A DNA stretch of 63,860 nucleotides, filler included, from Kipferlia bialata (lineage: Eukaryota), in NCBI GenBank assembly GCA_003568945.1. It is 3 parts of 3 records of this genome, joined end to end, with 100 filler letters (N's around TTAATTAATTAA, not from the genome) between each part and the next. Parts side by side here need not be neighbours in the genome. Positions count along the whole stretch, not along the records: positions 1 to 21,281 come from BDIP01000331.1; positions 21,382 to 42,590 come from BDIP01000333.1; 1 more part is not named here. The stretch is one strand, 5' to 3'. Shown piece by piece: positions 14,001-26,904 of this stretch. Within the stretch, counting starts at the first letter, position 1. Every line of letters starts with the position of its first letter. The notes below the pieces were generated by a model. The model made no database searches and was not told the origin of the DNA. It was given only the letters and a program-made list of their open reading frames with translations. The translations under genes were made by a program, and so were the position numbers.

Positions 14001-15753
14001 AGCGGAACAAGGGGAGACCCATGTTTGCATTTCCTCCCAACAGTGGAGCAGCTTTCCCTCCTACTAATCAGGGTGTATTCCCTACTCAGCCGCAGAGAGA
14101 GGGAATGGGGGGCAAGAGGGGGAGGGAGAGAGAGAGAGAGACTGGGCCATATGGTGGGACTGAGGCCACACACCGGGTGTCACCAAGGTATATATCTGTC
14201 CATCTCTCTCTCTCTCTGTATATAAATGTGTGTATATATATGCCTTACTCACTCTAGTATAGAGTTGTCAGACAGTGTTGACTTCTCCGTCAGTGACCCT
14301 CTCTCTCTCTCTCTCTCTCTGACCCTTAGTATTGAGCTCAGTGATAGCGTTGACTTCTCCGTGAGTGACACAGAGATGGGTCCCAGCCTAGGAGTGCAGA
14401 TGAGGGAGAGGGAGAGAGAGAGAGAGTACTACGCTCCGTCTCCAGAGGTCATGGACTTTACAGCAGGTATGTGTCAATATATGCAGTATATAGGAGGAGT
14501 GTGTGTATGTATATACTAGTGTATATCTCATGGATTTCACAGCAGGTACACATATCTATTTCATGTATAAATTACAGTATATGTGGTGCATACTACATGT
14601 GTTTCGTTTGGCTATGATCTCACACATACAATATCTCTTCCTCTCTCTGTTCTCACCCACCAGACGACTTTGATCTATCCCCCGCCCCTTCGGTCAAGCG
14701 TCGTCCTAGCCAGGGTCCGGGATGGTCTCCCTCGGTCAAGCCAAGTCAATTAGCACCTCCTGTTGTACGTACAGTACCACCCATGCCCAGTGGCCATAGA
14801 GAGAGAGAGAGGCACCTACCACATAGACATAATACTATGGGAGGGGGAGAGAGAGGGCGAGAGAGAGGGAGGGGTGGTCTCTCTCATAGTGTCTCCACTG
14901 GGTCTCTGGCACCACCTACCCATGCACACCCTGGACTCAGACACAAGGTACTATGTATATATATATATGGGTATATGTAGTTTGTGTGTATCAATGTATG
15001 TATAATCATTGATAGATACTATTGTCTATGATTCCACCTAACATCCTGGACTCAGACACAAGGTAGCAAGTATGCACTATAGTATAGCCGTGTATAGTGT
15101 ATTTATGTATACTATACAATTGTACTCTCTCTCTCTATGTATATGTGGTTGTTCATGTAAATATGGGTCTTATGTCCAGGCTTCCTTCCCTGGATCCGTC
15201 TCACACCCCCTTGTGCCACAGAGACATAGGAGAGATGCTGGAGATACGCGAGTTACCAACCAGACACCTAGAGAGCCTACAGAGTCCCCAGCACCAGCAC
15301 CACCTCTAGGGCGGTTTGCACCTGTGGGTGCCATATACTCTGCATCGAACACGGCGAGGTATGATATATCTATACATACACATATATGAATTTATATATA
15401 TACCATTTACTGTGTATATAGTAATTGTATCACGGTATTGTATACTGTGGGTGCCATATACTCTGCGTCCAACACTGCGAGGTATGCTCTAGTGTGTAGT
15501 ATGTATAGTGTGCATATGCATATCTATATAATTGGTTTACCACCAGGCGCGATACACTGCGAGGTATTATATACTATATATATACTATGATACATATACT
15601 TTACACTGTATATCCGAAGGCCAAGCATATATATATATCTATAATTCTCTATACTGTGAATTGTATATATATATGTGTGTGTGTATTAACAGTAGGCGTG
15701 ACACCCCAGCCCCCAAGCCCAGTCCCTTTGGAGGGAAGTCTCGCATGTTGTAA
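7346..15753 (+). CDS. SPRTN: SprT-domain DNA-protein crosslink protease Spartan
   Basis: Exons 7346-7467, 7924-7976, 8576-8652, 9314-9378, 10196-10267, 10608-10682, 11185-11247 and later ones give LHTLFQEYNETYFYNRLGHVTVEWSKRMTLCGGICYY...IKVRLSLPLLKLRPHTDYVNTLLHEMIHAYLF...GHGPRFLAEAARVNKASGANVTVYHNFHGEVDHYRQHVWECKKC. This contains HEXXH and is closely colinear with the metazoan SPRTN SprT domain. SHP-box-like GKGRTLGG at ~12360-12383; ends PFGGKSRML*. Confidence 0.92.
9180..9830 (+). repeat. Exon-echo array around SPRTN exon 9314-9378
   Basis: Two upstream ag|ATGATCCATG.. copies (~9181, ~9257) and four downstream ..CAGGAG(GAG)AAYGGACAY...AG|gt copies (~9457, 9574, 9671, 9797). Confidence 0.92.
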
Positions 15754-17421
15754 GGGTGTAGAGAGAGAGACAGAGACAGAGACAGAGACAGAGAGAGAGA
15801 GAGAGATTTCCTAATGACCCCTTTTGTTGAAGGGAAGATTCACCGCTGTTCCTATAGTGAAAGCTGACAGTCATTTTTACACGCTTCGCTTACTGATTGT
15901 TTGTTAGAGATATGTATAGCAATATATTCGTTGCTCATAAGTTGGGATGCGTTGGGGTGTAAACATCTGCTATCTTGATACTGTACTGCTTTGCAGTCTG
16001 GTGCCTACTTCAAACAGACTCTCGGTCAAACACAAGGAGTGAACGAAGGCCTGACCAACGTTACCCCCTCCTTCACGTCTTCGAGACAGGAGTGAATGCT
16101 AATTAGCGTAGATGTGTCTGGTAAGCAAAAGGCTGCTTCCTTGCTGCAACAGTGTCTGCTAGACTCTGTCTGTGAGGCGTTCGTCCATGAGTGATGAAGA
16201 GTAATCGGTACAAATATCCCCACTATTTCTTGACCTAACAAGTATTCGATCGTGCCGAGAGGTAACGCATATTGGACGAAAAGTGTCAACAAGTTGTTAA
16301 GAAGTTGTGCAAGACCATACTCACCACTCTTCTCACCACGGATGAAACTCCACAGTCCTGGGTCAGAGGTGCTGGCCTGGTGCTGTCAGTGGCATATACG
16401 GTACTAAATCTCCTTTTCTCTCTCCCTTACTCCCTATATTCTCAAACTACACATATTGACTATGAACTAGCTCCTCATTAGTAGCTGTAGTGGTATGAGT
16501 AGACTGCTGCGAGTCATGAAGCCAGGCTCATACATTTCCTCACTGTTTGATCACCAAACTTTAGTATGTAGCTCACACTTTGGAGTGCCCCTTGCCTTGC
16601 TTTGATCTAAGAAACTGAAAAGTCTTCCTTTAATGAATAGAAAGGCCCACTTTGAGATACTGACTTAGAACGTAGCACCATCTCTCTCTCTGTTCCCACA
16701 CCGTCATTCCCACGGCAGTTGTATGCAAATTCCGGTATCACTTTCCCAGCCTCCCTTCCCATTGAGGTATACCACTACCTCCACAGCATCCTCTGAATAT
16801 ATAATGATATATAGTATATAGTATAATAATATATTATATTCATTACTGATGTTGATACATCAGTATTGCTGTGGCTAAAGGTAATGTACAGGAGTAAAGT
16901 GTATGCATGTAACGGCGTTACATTGTAACGCTACTAAAGTATACTTATACAATGAGCCGACTGTTGCTAGCATCTTCCTGGATGGGTCATCCCCCGTGTC
17001 GGGCAACATTGAGAATATAGAGAAGATTGCTGACTCTTTCTGGAACGAAATTGGAAGAACACCGTAAACAATCTGTCAGGCTCTCTCACGTGTGTTGTCA
17101 GGGTATTGGTAACCACACTTTGATGTCGAGTTTACACTCTGTCAGAGGAGTGACACTGTTCTGCATATCTATTTCGACCTCATTATCACCCGAAGAGGTG
17201 TACGCATTCGTAGATTGGATCACTCCCTTGGTCTCTGAAGGTTTTGGAACAAGAGCACCCAGGAATGAGGGTGAGAAATGGTTCATTGGAGCGAACCGTT
17301 CTTATAGGACATTTCAGTGTCTCCATTCCAAGAGTTCCCACGAGAGTCAGTCTCTGATACTCTCTTTCCTCTCTGTGTACTGGTGTATCATAGCATGCTG
17401 GTTCCATTCTTCCGAAAATCA

Positions 17422-17466
17422 GACCATGTGGCAGAGTGGTTAACGCGGTTCCCTGCTAAGGAATTG
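17422..17466 (+). pseudogene. 5' half of tRNA-Ser(GCT), truncated in the variable arm
   Basis: GACCATG-TG-GCAGAGTGGTTAACGC-G-GTTCC-CT-GCT-AA-GGAAT-TG has the acceptor 5' strand, A-box/D arm (one A-C mismatch) and anticodon stem. No T arm or acceptor 3' strand follows. Confidence 0.7.
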
Positions 17467-17520
17467 TTGTATTAGTGGTATATAAGTATATATATATACA
17501 TCAATGTATATATATAGTGT

Positions 17521-18874
17521 CTGGAGACTCTACAGCAGCATGGACTGATCTCACTATACCTGAGGTATTAGTGATACATATAGTCAGTGATATATATATG
17601 TATATGTATATTAATAGTGTCTATAGATAGACTCGACAGCGGCATGGACTGATCTCACAATGCCTGATATTAGTATATATATAGTTAGTGATATATATAT
17701 GTATATATATATGTATATGTATATATAGTGTCATGGACAGACTCGACAGCAGCATGGACTGATCTCACAATGCCTGACATGTTAGTGGTATAAATATATT
17801 AGTGGTTAGTGACATATATAAATAGATGTACAAAAATGAACATACAAAGAATAATACAATAGTTGATATATAGATACCTGCGACCCCAAACCCACTGGCT
17901 ATAAACAGAGGCCCCTCCCCCTGCCCCACTCTCTGGGCCCCTCTCCATGTGACACGCATGTGGGTGCCACTCTCTCTCTCTCCCTCTGCACCCTCATTAC
18001 CATCAATAGGCACAAACCCACTGATACCGGTGAGTGTGGGCTCCACAGCGTGGGACAGGGCGTTGAATACATTGCGTGGTGTGTCGTCCTCTAGGGACAG
18101 GGAGGTGGATACAGGGGCTTGCATTCCCTATAGTAAGAGATATAGATAATATATGGATAGGGAGGTGGATACAGGGGCCTGGACACCCTGAGGTAAGCAG
18201 ACACACTACATATATATACTACACTATATATTTATATATACGTGGTGTGTCGTCCTCTGGGGATAGGGTGGTGGATACAGGGGCCTGGACACCCTATAGA
18301 GTCAGTGATATGTATACTAAACAGTGTACTTGTACAATATACAATTGAAAAGGGCAGATGATAGAGGGACCTGGACCACATGTATATCCTGCACTATCTA
18401 TAGACAGAGCCTACCTCAGTGATGTAGATAGTATACAGTGTACTATCTATATATATTATATACATATATATATATGGATAGGGAGGTGGAGAGAGGGGCC
18501 TGCATTTCTGTTATGCCTCTGTGCCTATACAATACACACATATATATATCCTGCACTATCAATAGACAGAGCCTACCTCACCAAACATAATATAAATATG
18601 TACATTGTTATACATACATAATATCTACGAAACACACCATAATACAAGTCACATACATATGAATTTTTTTCATTAATATGTATATTGTTATACATACATA
18701 TTAATTGATACCTTCATGACTGGCCTCACCACACTCCTCTCCACCGTGACATTACTCTCTCCCTCTCCCTCTCCCTCTCCCTCTGTCTCTATTGGTAGGG
18801 GTGGGATGGGTACACTGGTGTTGCCCTCTGCCGCTGAGGTTAGAGAGAGAGAGAGAGAGGGAGAGAGAGAGATA

Positions 18875-18918
<44 letters not shown>

Positions 18919-18994
18919 GGGGTGGGTGCCCTCTGCCGCTGAGGTTAGAGAGATATATCATATATATATATAATGATTAATAATATATATATAC

Positions 18995-19033
<39 letters not shown>

Positions 19034-19272
19034 GGCACACTGGTTGCCCTCTGGCGCTGAGCTTAGAGAGATACAAATAGACATAAGTGTATACAGGGAG
19101 TGCTCCATATTACTGTAGACATTTGTACACATAGGCATTCATACATTGCTACATACACTATAAACATACATATACACTCAATATATATGTACCTGTCAGT
19201 GACATCCCCAGCAGTGCAAGGGGTGCATGGGAGGATGAGACAGAGACGGGGGCAGGGGCAGAACTGGGGATT

Positions 19273-19325
<53 letters not shown>

Positions 19326-19940
19326 CGGGGGCAGGGGCAGAACTGAGGATTAGATAGAGAGAGAGGGGGGGGGGAGAGAGAGAGAGAGACCGGGACAGGA
19401 CCAGGGCGGATAAGATAATGAGAGCCTGAGACAGAGAGGGAGGAAAAGGGACGGAGATATGTGCGGGAAGAGGAATGAATCTATATATACACTATACACA
19501 CTATGTATTTATACTATATTTACTTACATATATATACATAAATATTTATACATACATATACATACCTCTCTGCCTGCACGGCCAGGTCCAGGAAGGCATG
19601 CTTGGCTCCTGGTATGAGCATATCTCTATATATATACATAAATATATACAATAGCAAAGCATATATATGTGCATATGTATACTATATTTACAGGAAGGCA
19701 TGCTTGGCACCTGGGTATGAGCATCTCTCTCTCTATCTATCGATCTATATACATAACTACATACACATATATATATATGTATATGTATACTATATACACA
19801 TGAAGGCATGCTTGGCACCTGGGTATGAGCATCAATCTATCAATATATATATACATACATATATGTCGGTGTGGGTGTATACAACACCTCTTCCCTTCTT
19901 GGCCGTCATTTTGGCCATCTCTCTCTCTCTCCCTCTCTCC

Positions 19941-19975
<35 letters not shown>

Positions 19976-21204
19976 CATCCATATATATATATATATATAT
20001 TAATATCATACCTGTTCCCTTCTTGGCCGGCATCTTGATCCTCTCTCTCTCTCTCTCTCTATACCTCTCCCTCTCTCTCTCCCTCTCTCTCTCTCTCTCT
20101 ATATATATATACTGTTCTGTACCTGTTCCCTTCTTGGCCGGCATCTTGATCCTGCCCATGTCATCAGAGGCTGGTATGAGTATACATATCAGACCATTTA
20201 TATATATATTCATGTACAATAATTTACATATATATAATATATATATATACATGTACAATAATATATATAAATAGAAATTTTGTAATATACTTCAGTGGTA
20301 GTGACGTCTTGATCCTGCCCATGTCATCAGAGGCTGGTGGTGAGGATAGGATATATAGTATTACACTGCTATATATATATATGTATTCTATCAATTAACC
20401 TAATAATACAAGTCATAATAATGGCATCTTGATCCTGCCCATGTCATCTGAGGCTGATAGTCAGTGTGTATACACATACATACATACATACATTTCTGCA
20501 TATCCATATACACCCATACATACCCTGTAGCTGTGTGCTGTAAATATACTCTCTCTATAATATAGTACTCTATACTCTCCCTATAACTACATATTGTGTA
20601 TATATATACATACCCTGTAGCCTTGTGTGCTGCATGACATGCTGAGGCAGGGTGAAGACAGCCTTGCCGGAGGGCAGGACCTGGAGTTAGATATACATAC
20701 AGAGAGAGAGAGAGAGAGAAAGAGGGTGAAGACAGCCTTGCCGGAGGGGAGGACCTAGAGTCATATAGATAGGGATATACTATACAATATATATATATAC
20801 AGAGAGAGCGAGAAGACAGCCTTGCCAGAGGGGAGGACCTGAGGGTTATAAGTATAAGTAGAAGGCCAAAAGAGATAAAAACCTGATGATTACTATCCAC
20901 TCCTGATCGGAACATCACTATAATATATCTCTCTCCGTATTCATACTATGTATATACTTCATTATTACAATACTCACACACACATAAACAATACACCCTA
21001 TTCTATATACACTCACTATATACAGTATACAAGGTACCTGTACTGATCCGTTGTTCCTGGAGACAGCCAGACACCGAGTGTCATTAATACTATACAATAT
21101 ATATTACCTCATAATTACTATAATAATATATATTCTATAGCGATGTGTACCTGTACTGATCCGTTGTTCCTGGAGACGGCTAGGCCAGACACAGAGAGAG
21201 GGGC
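17521..21204 (-). CDS. Multi-exon WD40-like protein fragment, C-terminus reminiscent of TFIIIC subunit GTF3C2/Tfc6; truncated at both ends
   Basis: Exon peptides include LAVSRNNGSVQ, VLPSGKAVFTLPQHVMQHTRLQ, SDDMGRIKMPAKKGT, AKHAFLDLAVQAER and ...THMRVTWRGAQRVGQGEGPLFIASGFGVA|GIVRSVHAAVES, a closing WD blade of the form 'V.W......LASGG..GIVR'. Family assignment is from motif recall only. Confidence 0.5.
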
Positions 21205-21234
21205 TGGGATTAGTGTACGCACTGTAAATATATG

Positions 21235-21281
<47 letters not shown>

Positions 21282-21381
21282 NNNNNNNNNNNNNNNNNNN
21301 NNNNNNNNNNNNNNNNNNNNNNNNNTTAATTAATTAANNNNNNNNNNNNNNNNNNNNNNNNNNNNNNNNNNNNNNNNNNNN
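21282..21381. other. Artificial scaffold linker
   Basis: 44 N + TTAATTAATTAA (stops in six frames) + 44 N. Confidence 0.97.
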
Positions 21382-21422
21382 GTCAACATGGGGGGGGGGC
21401 CTCCCCCCCCCCCCCCCCCCCC

Positions 21423-21465
<43 letters not shown>

Positions 21466-21639
21466 TCTCGTGTTGTCTTGGTGTGAATACATGCGCATTT
21501 GTTCACCGTGTATCCACTTCCCGGCCCTCAGTTGATTCTCTGTTTCTGTCACTATTCCTTCCGCCTCTCTCCTGGATACTCTCCCCAATATCACTCTCTG
21601 TATTGTCCCCCCTCTCTCACTGATAGAGAGAAGGCTGGA

Positions 21640-24600
21640 ATGGTCAACCGTCAGTACCAGGCGGATGTAAGGGTACGCATATATAACACTCAATGTATAC
21701 ATTGTAGATGCTCATGTGTAGTTGTATATGTTTCACAAGATTGGAGAAATAGTAATAGTATTTTTGAGGGGTATTGTATTATAATGTGTGTATCTATTGG
21801 GACTAGGAAGCCAGTACAAGGAAATTAGTTGCATGAATGGCCACCGTACCCACAGGGGGCACACATACTTTCATATATGTATATGGCTGTATTCGTATAT
21901 TCCTGTATATTCATGTATATATATATCTGACTGTATGCCTATATGCCTCTATACTTACCCCAGGATGGCCACCGCATCCACAAGAAGAAGATGCTCAAGA
22001 GAAAGACAGGGTCAGGTGGGGCCGATGCCTCTCTCTCTCTCTCTCTCTCTCTCTTGCTCTTCTCTCCCGTTGTGTCTCATCTGTTTCAATCCTGCTCACT
22101 TTCAGACAACCTCAACACCCACAAGGACATAGTCGAAACTCTTGTTGTCCCTGATAGAGTGGCCAGAGACATCGAGAGGGAGTGCGAGAGGACAAGACAG
22201 GTAAACCTTTGTATATAGTATATAGTGTATATTATATAGTATATAGACCCTCACGTGTGTGAATATATATATATATGTACATAGTAATGTTTTAGTATCA
22301 GATGGAGTGGCGAGGGAGAGCGAGAGACTCAGGCAAGTACACCATTGGGCTACAGAATATCAGTTTCTGTGTTCATACTCTATACTAAAAGGTTACTTTT
22401 GTATGCTGATCACCAGGCCTCCCTGAAGCAGTACGGCCTGTCCCCCGATACCCCCTCTGAGGTACAGCCTGACCTGGCACCCATACCGGAGACCGGGACA
22501 CCGATGGAGGTATGGATACATACATACATGAATATATATATGGGTATAGTATGCATCTATCAGTACATGAATTGCCTGACCTGGCACCATACCAGAGGGG
22601 ACACCCATAGAGGTACATACACACATATATGTATAGTACGTATAAAGTATGTATATATTAGTATCTGGAGTACAGCCTGACCTGGCACCCATACCAGAGG
22701 GCACACCACAGGAGGTACATACACACGTATATATATGTGACGAATTAGTATATAGTATATGCATTTGGCTATAACTGGGGTACAGCCTGACCTGGCCCCC
22801 ATACCTGAGGGGACACCGCCGGAGGTATAGAGGCATGATAATATATGTGACATATAAGTACATAGTATATGCATCTGTCTAGAACTGGGGTACAGCCTGA
22901 CCTGGCACCCATACCGGAAGGTACACCCATTGAGGTACATATATATGAGCTACTCATGGTTCTATAGTATATGCACATATGTATATGTATGAAGTGGGGC
23001 CTGACCTGGCACCCATACCAGAGGGCACACCGGTGGAGGTACATATATAGATGACATTTATATACAGTTAGTAGTAGTACATATAGTAGTAGTACATATA
23101 GTATGCATCCATCTTTATATAGAGTGGGGCCTGACCTGGCACCCACACCATGTGTACTGTGTAAGCAGTCAAATATGATATATATAGTCACTACCTTATC
23201 ATTACCCATCAGGATGTGCTGCGTATCAAGAGGGAGAGACTCTTCCACAGGGCAGTGCTGCAGTCCAGGTGTGTCAAATACATACACACATATATATGAG
23301 TGTATATTGATGTATATATATACTAATATAGAATAGAGTGTACAGTTTGAGAGGCTCTGATACAGGGTAGTGCTGTAGTCCCGGTATGTTTTCTTCATTC
23401 AGACACAGAAGAGTACATATTATGTTTGTGTTATCTGTAGGTTGTGCATAGTTATGGCTCTCACCCCAGGTGGGATGAAATTGAGCGCCCAGAGAGAGTG
23501 GAGGTATGGTACTGTTGTATCAGCTAGATACCATGAATCCCATCACTGAGGGTGCTGATATTTCACATTACTTCTAAATACTACTGCATCCTAAAATAGT
23601 TCCTTGGTATATCCCAAATGGAAGAAGAGAGTATACTCAGAATTTTTTTGGAGGAGAATATATTCAGTATACTTTCGCACCAACCACCAGTGGGAAGAGA
23701 GGATGAGAACCAGCCGGTACAAATCGCATGGCGGGGGTTCCTTCAGAGACCAGAGGAGGAGGCAGATTGAAAACAGGGTGAGCATTGACCATATATGTCA
23801 CGTGTGTATGCTACAGTGGTGTATTGTGCATTCATGTGTTCTGATGTCAGAAGACAGCAGTATATTGATATGCCTTAGAATAGAGTCTTATGACAGCTTA
23901 TATTATTTCTTATGTTCTGCTGTCTTTGTATCTATATGTTCCCTTCTGAAGTATGTGGTGAGTTACATGTCTCTCTTCACTAGCTTTGGCCTCTTCTCAC
24001 CCACCTAGAACAAGGTCGTCCCCCCTCTTTAGTTCTTCTGTGCGATTATGACTCTCTCCTACGTATTGTAGAATTATACACATACATATTATAGTTGTTG
24101 TACTTCTCACCCTACAGAACAAGGTTGTCCCCCCTCCTGAGTTCAGTGCTGACACTGACCCAGCATACCAGCCAGAGGGGGAGACAGAGACATATCCTGG
24201 GATGTCAGAGAGGTATATACTGAAGATACATCGCTATTATCATTACTACACTATATATTATATATACTATATACTATACACAGAACACTATATTCTCAGT
24301 TGGAAGTATGTCTCTATCAGGTAGGCTTGTGGAATTCATCAAGCGAGGGTTCATACTGTTTCTATCATGGTTCAGTCGGATGCCCTTCTGCGAGTCTGGA
24401 TACATTTGTAACTGTATCTCCTTTGCTGTGATGCTTATCGCAGGTGCTGGTTCCGGTTTCCAGACCAGACTCAGTGCATGCTTGTGAAGCCAGATGATAA
24501 GTGTACGTATACATATATATATATATATATGTGTGTGTGTACTATTGTGTATCCATGTATCTGCCTGGTATCACTATACTATATATGTATGCTACAACTT

Positions 24601-26698
24601 TCGATGTGTTGTGTGTGCTGTCGCTCTCTCTCTCACTTACCCCAGGCTTCTGTCCATACCACCAGAGATACATCCACACACTGGGTGGAGTGATAGGGCG
24701 AGGTACTACTACTACGTAAATGTATAACTATGGTACGGCTGTTGATTCCTAATTGTCAGGCACCCACGAGCCCCATGATCCCATCCCAGAGGAGGAGGGG
24801 GAGAGAGAGAGAGAGGAGAGGAGGGTGGCTGCAGTCAAGCTGTCAAGGTCAGTTGATGTGACTCTGCCAGGCTCTCTGGTAGTTTGGCGCATGTTGCTCT
24901 ATTGGCCTCTAGCATTGTCTCCTGTTGTATAACATAGGAGTACTCTGCAAGTGGTGAATATAGAAGAGTATGTTATATATATTCGCTGTTGCATTAACAC
25001 ATAGGGCCACTCAGTTGAACCCCGGCAGTCAGAGCTACGTAGTGCGGATGACACCGGAGGAAATAGAGGTATCTTCACATATTCATATACAAATACACAG
25101 TATATAGTGTATATATTCAGATAGAGAGTTACCTTGTGGGCATGACACCGTAGGAAAGGGAGGTTTAGGATATACAGTGTATATATCGTATCAGTTGTGA
25201 CGTATTAGAAGCAGTAGTATGTAAATGTGGTATTGCTATATAGTATACATTTGCAGCGCTGTGGAAGGATATGATGTTGCTATGGTATAGTTCTTCTATA
25301 TTCTTCTACTGTACTGTGTAGTGTTCAGCACTTGCCTAACACAGCTCAACGACATGCGCAAGAAGGCCGTAGCAAAGGCCAAGGCTCTGGGAAAGGGAAA
25401 GGGGGCCTCCAAGGTCAACCCCTTTCCCATCTCCTACAAGTCAGACCCCATGTACAAACCAGAGGGCAGGACTAAGAGGACAAAGGGATACACAAAGAGG
25501 TATATTCATATGTATTCATATACATATAGATGTATAGACACAGAGAGAGAGAGAATTGACAGTATAGCTTCCATTCCTACAGTAATTAGTGTTGTTCTGT
25601 CTCACCATCGATCCTATATCCGCACTTTCATTGGTGCTTGATCCGTTTCCCTGACCCAGAGTTGATCTAGTTACTCTTTGTCTTGCTTATCTCGCAGGTG
25701 CTGGTTCCGCTTCCCTGACAAGACCCAGTGTATGCTGTTCGTCAAGGATGGAAATTGTACGTCTTTTTGTAGTATATGTATTGGTTCCGAGTCTCTTAGT
25801 TCTCTAGTCATTATTGACGTGTATTATTTCAATAGTAAAGACATCATGTATATACACTTTCAGTAGTTTTCCCTTCAGCATAATCACACCAGGTTTCTGC
25901 ACCTATCACAGAGAGTACACACGCATAGTTGGATGGGTCATGTCCGCAAGTAAGTATAGATTGATGTACATATATTCATTGATTCTCTTATTCTCTTTTC
26001 CCTTCAAGTTCTCCTTACTCTCCTCACACAAGCTGCGTGTACCTCTCATGATACTCCTGAGCCTCCTGCACTGGTAGCGGAAGTGACAGATGTTGAGGTT
26101 GAGAGGGAGAGGGAGAGAGAGGAGGAGGTTGAGAGAGAGAGAGAAGAGGACGTAGAGACTGAGAGGGAGAGGGAGAGGGAGAGGGAGATGGTGGTAGAAG
26201 TTACCGAGGAAGAAGCTGAGCCATCAGTCATTGATGTTCCGATGGAGGTTAAGGCAGAGCCGGAGCTTCTCTCGCTTGTCAAGGTACAGGGGGACCAGGA
26301 GAGAGAGGTAGAAAGGGAGAGAGAGGATGTTGCAGACCCTGCTGCTGGAGATGTACCCATGGGCGTTGATCTTCTGAATGGAGCACAGGGAGATGCCGTT
26401 GCAAGGGAGAGAGAGATGCAGAGAGAGGGAGAGAACTGGGAGGAAGCGTACGTATACTTTGATATAGCCATCTCTTCACTAGTTATCTCTATGAATGTCC
26501 TTCTCACCTCCAGCAAAGCCTACCTGGCCACCCACTCCTGCTACAACAGATATACATTTATATAGTATATACTTATGTCTGTGATGTATTCTCACCTCCA
26601 GCAAGGCCTACCTAGCCACCCACTCATGCTACAACACAGAGATGAGGGAGGAGGTTCTAAGAGTTCTTAGGAAATACGGGTTCCAGGGGCAGAAGTAG
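21640..26698 (+). CDS. Hypothetical basic protein with two C-x8-C-x~10-C-x2-H zinc-finger-like repeats
   Basis: Canonical GT-AG exons give MVNRQYQAD|DGHRIHKKKMLKRKTGS|...RCWFRFPDQTQCMLVKPDDK..GFCPYH...RCWFRFPDKTQCMLFVKDGN..GFCTYH...ER-rich...RKYGFQGQK* (TAG 26696-26698). Confidence 0.7.
22575..23148 (+). repeat. Exon-echo array downstream of zinc-finger-gene exon 22417-22509
   Basis: Six copies starting CCTGACCTGGC, five ending GAG|gt, separated by dissimilar AT-rich spacers. Confidence 0.92.
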
Positions 26699-26904
26699 GT
26701 TATAAGATATAGTGACTGTGGGAGAGAGGGTTCCCTCTCCTATTTGTACGTCGTTGGGCTTTCCTGATTGACACATGTATAGTTATACATCTGCATACTG
26801 CAATACCGACAATCAATAGACACCAAGCAGTTTAGATCTATTGAGTTCAGCATACGTACCCGTCACGGGTCCCGTGTGGTACTTCTCCAACAGATATTGT
26901 CTCT

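Noticed and set aside
15760..17420. Microsatellite-poor stretch with short ORFs as a transposon or gene
   Set aside because: I found no recognisable domain, long terminal repeats or consistent exon chain, so it is left unannotated.
21282..21381. TTAATTAATTAA motif within Ns as a biological site, and synteny across it
   Set aside because: An identical 100-nt linker recurs at 42591-42690 between size-sorted scaffolds (21281, 21209, 21170 nt), so gene neighbourhood across the linkers is meaningless.
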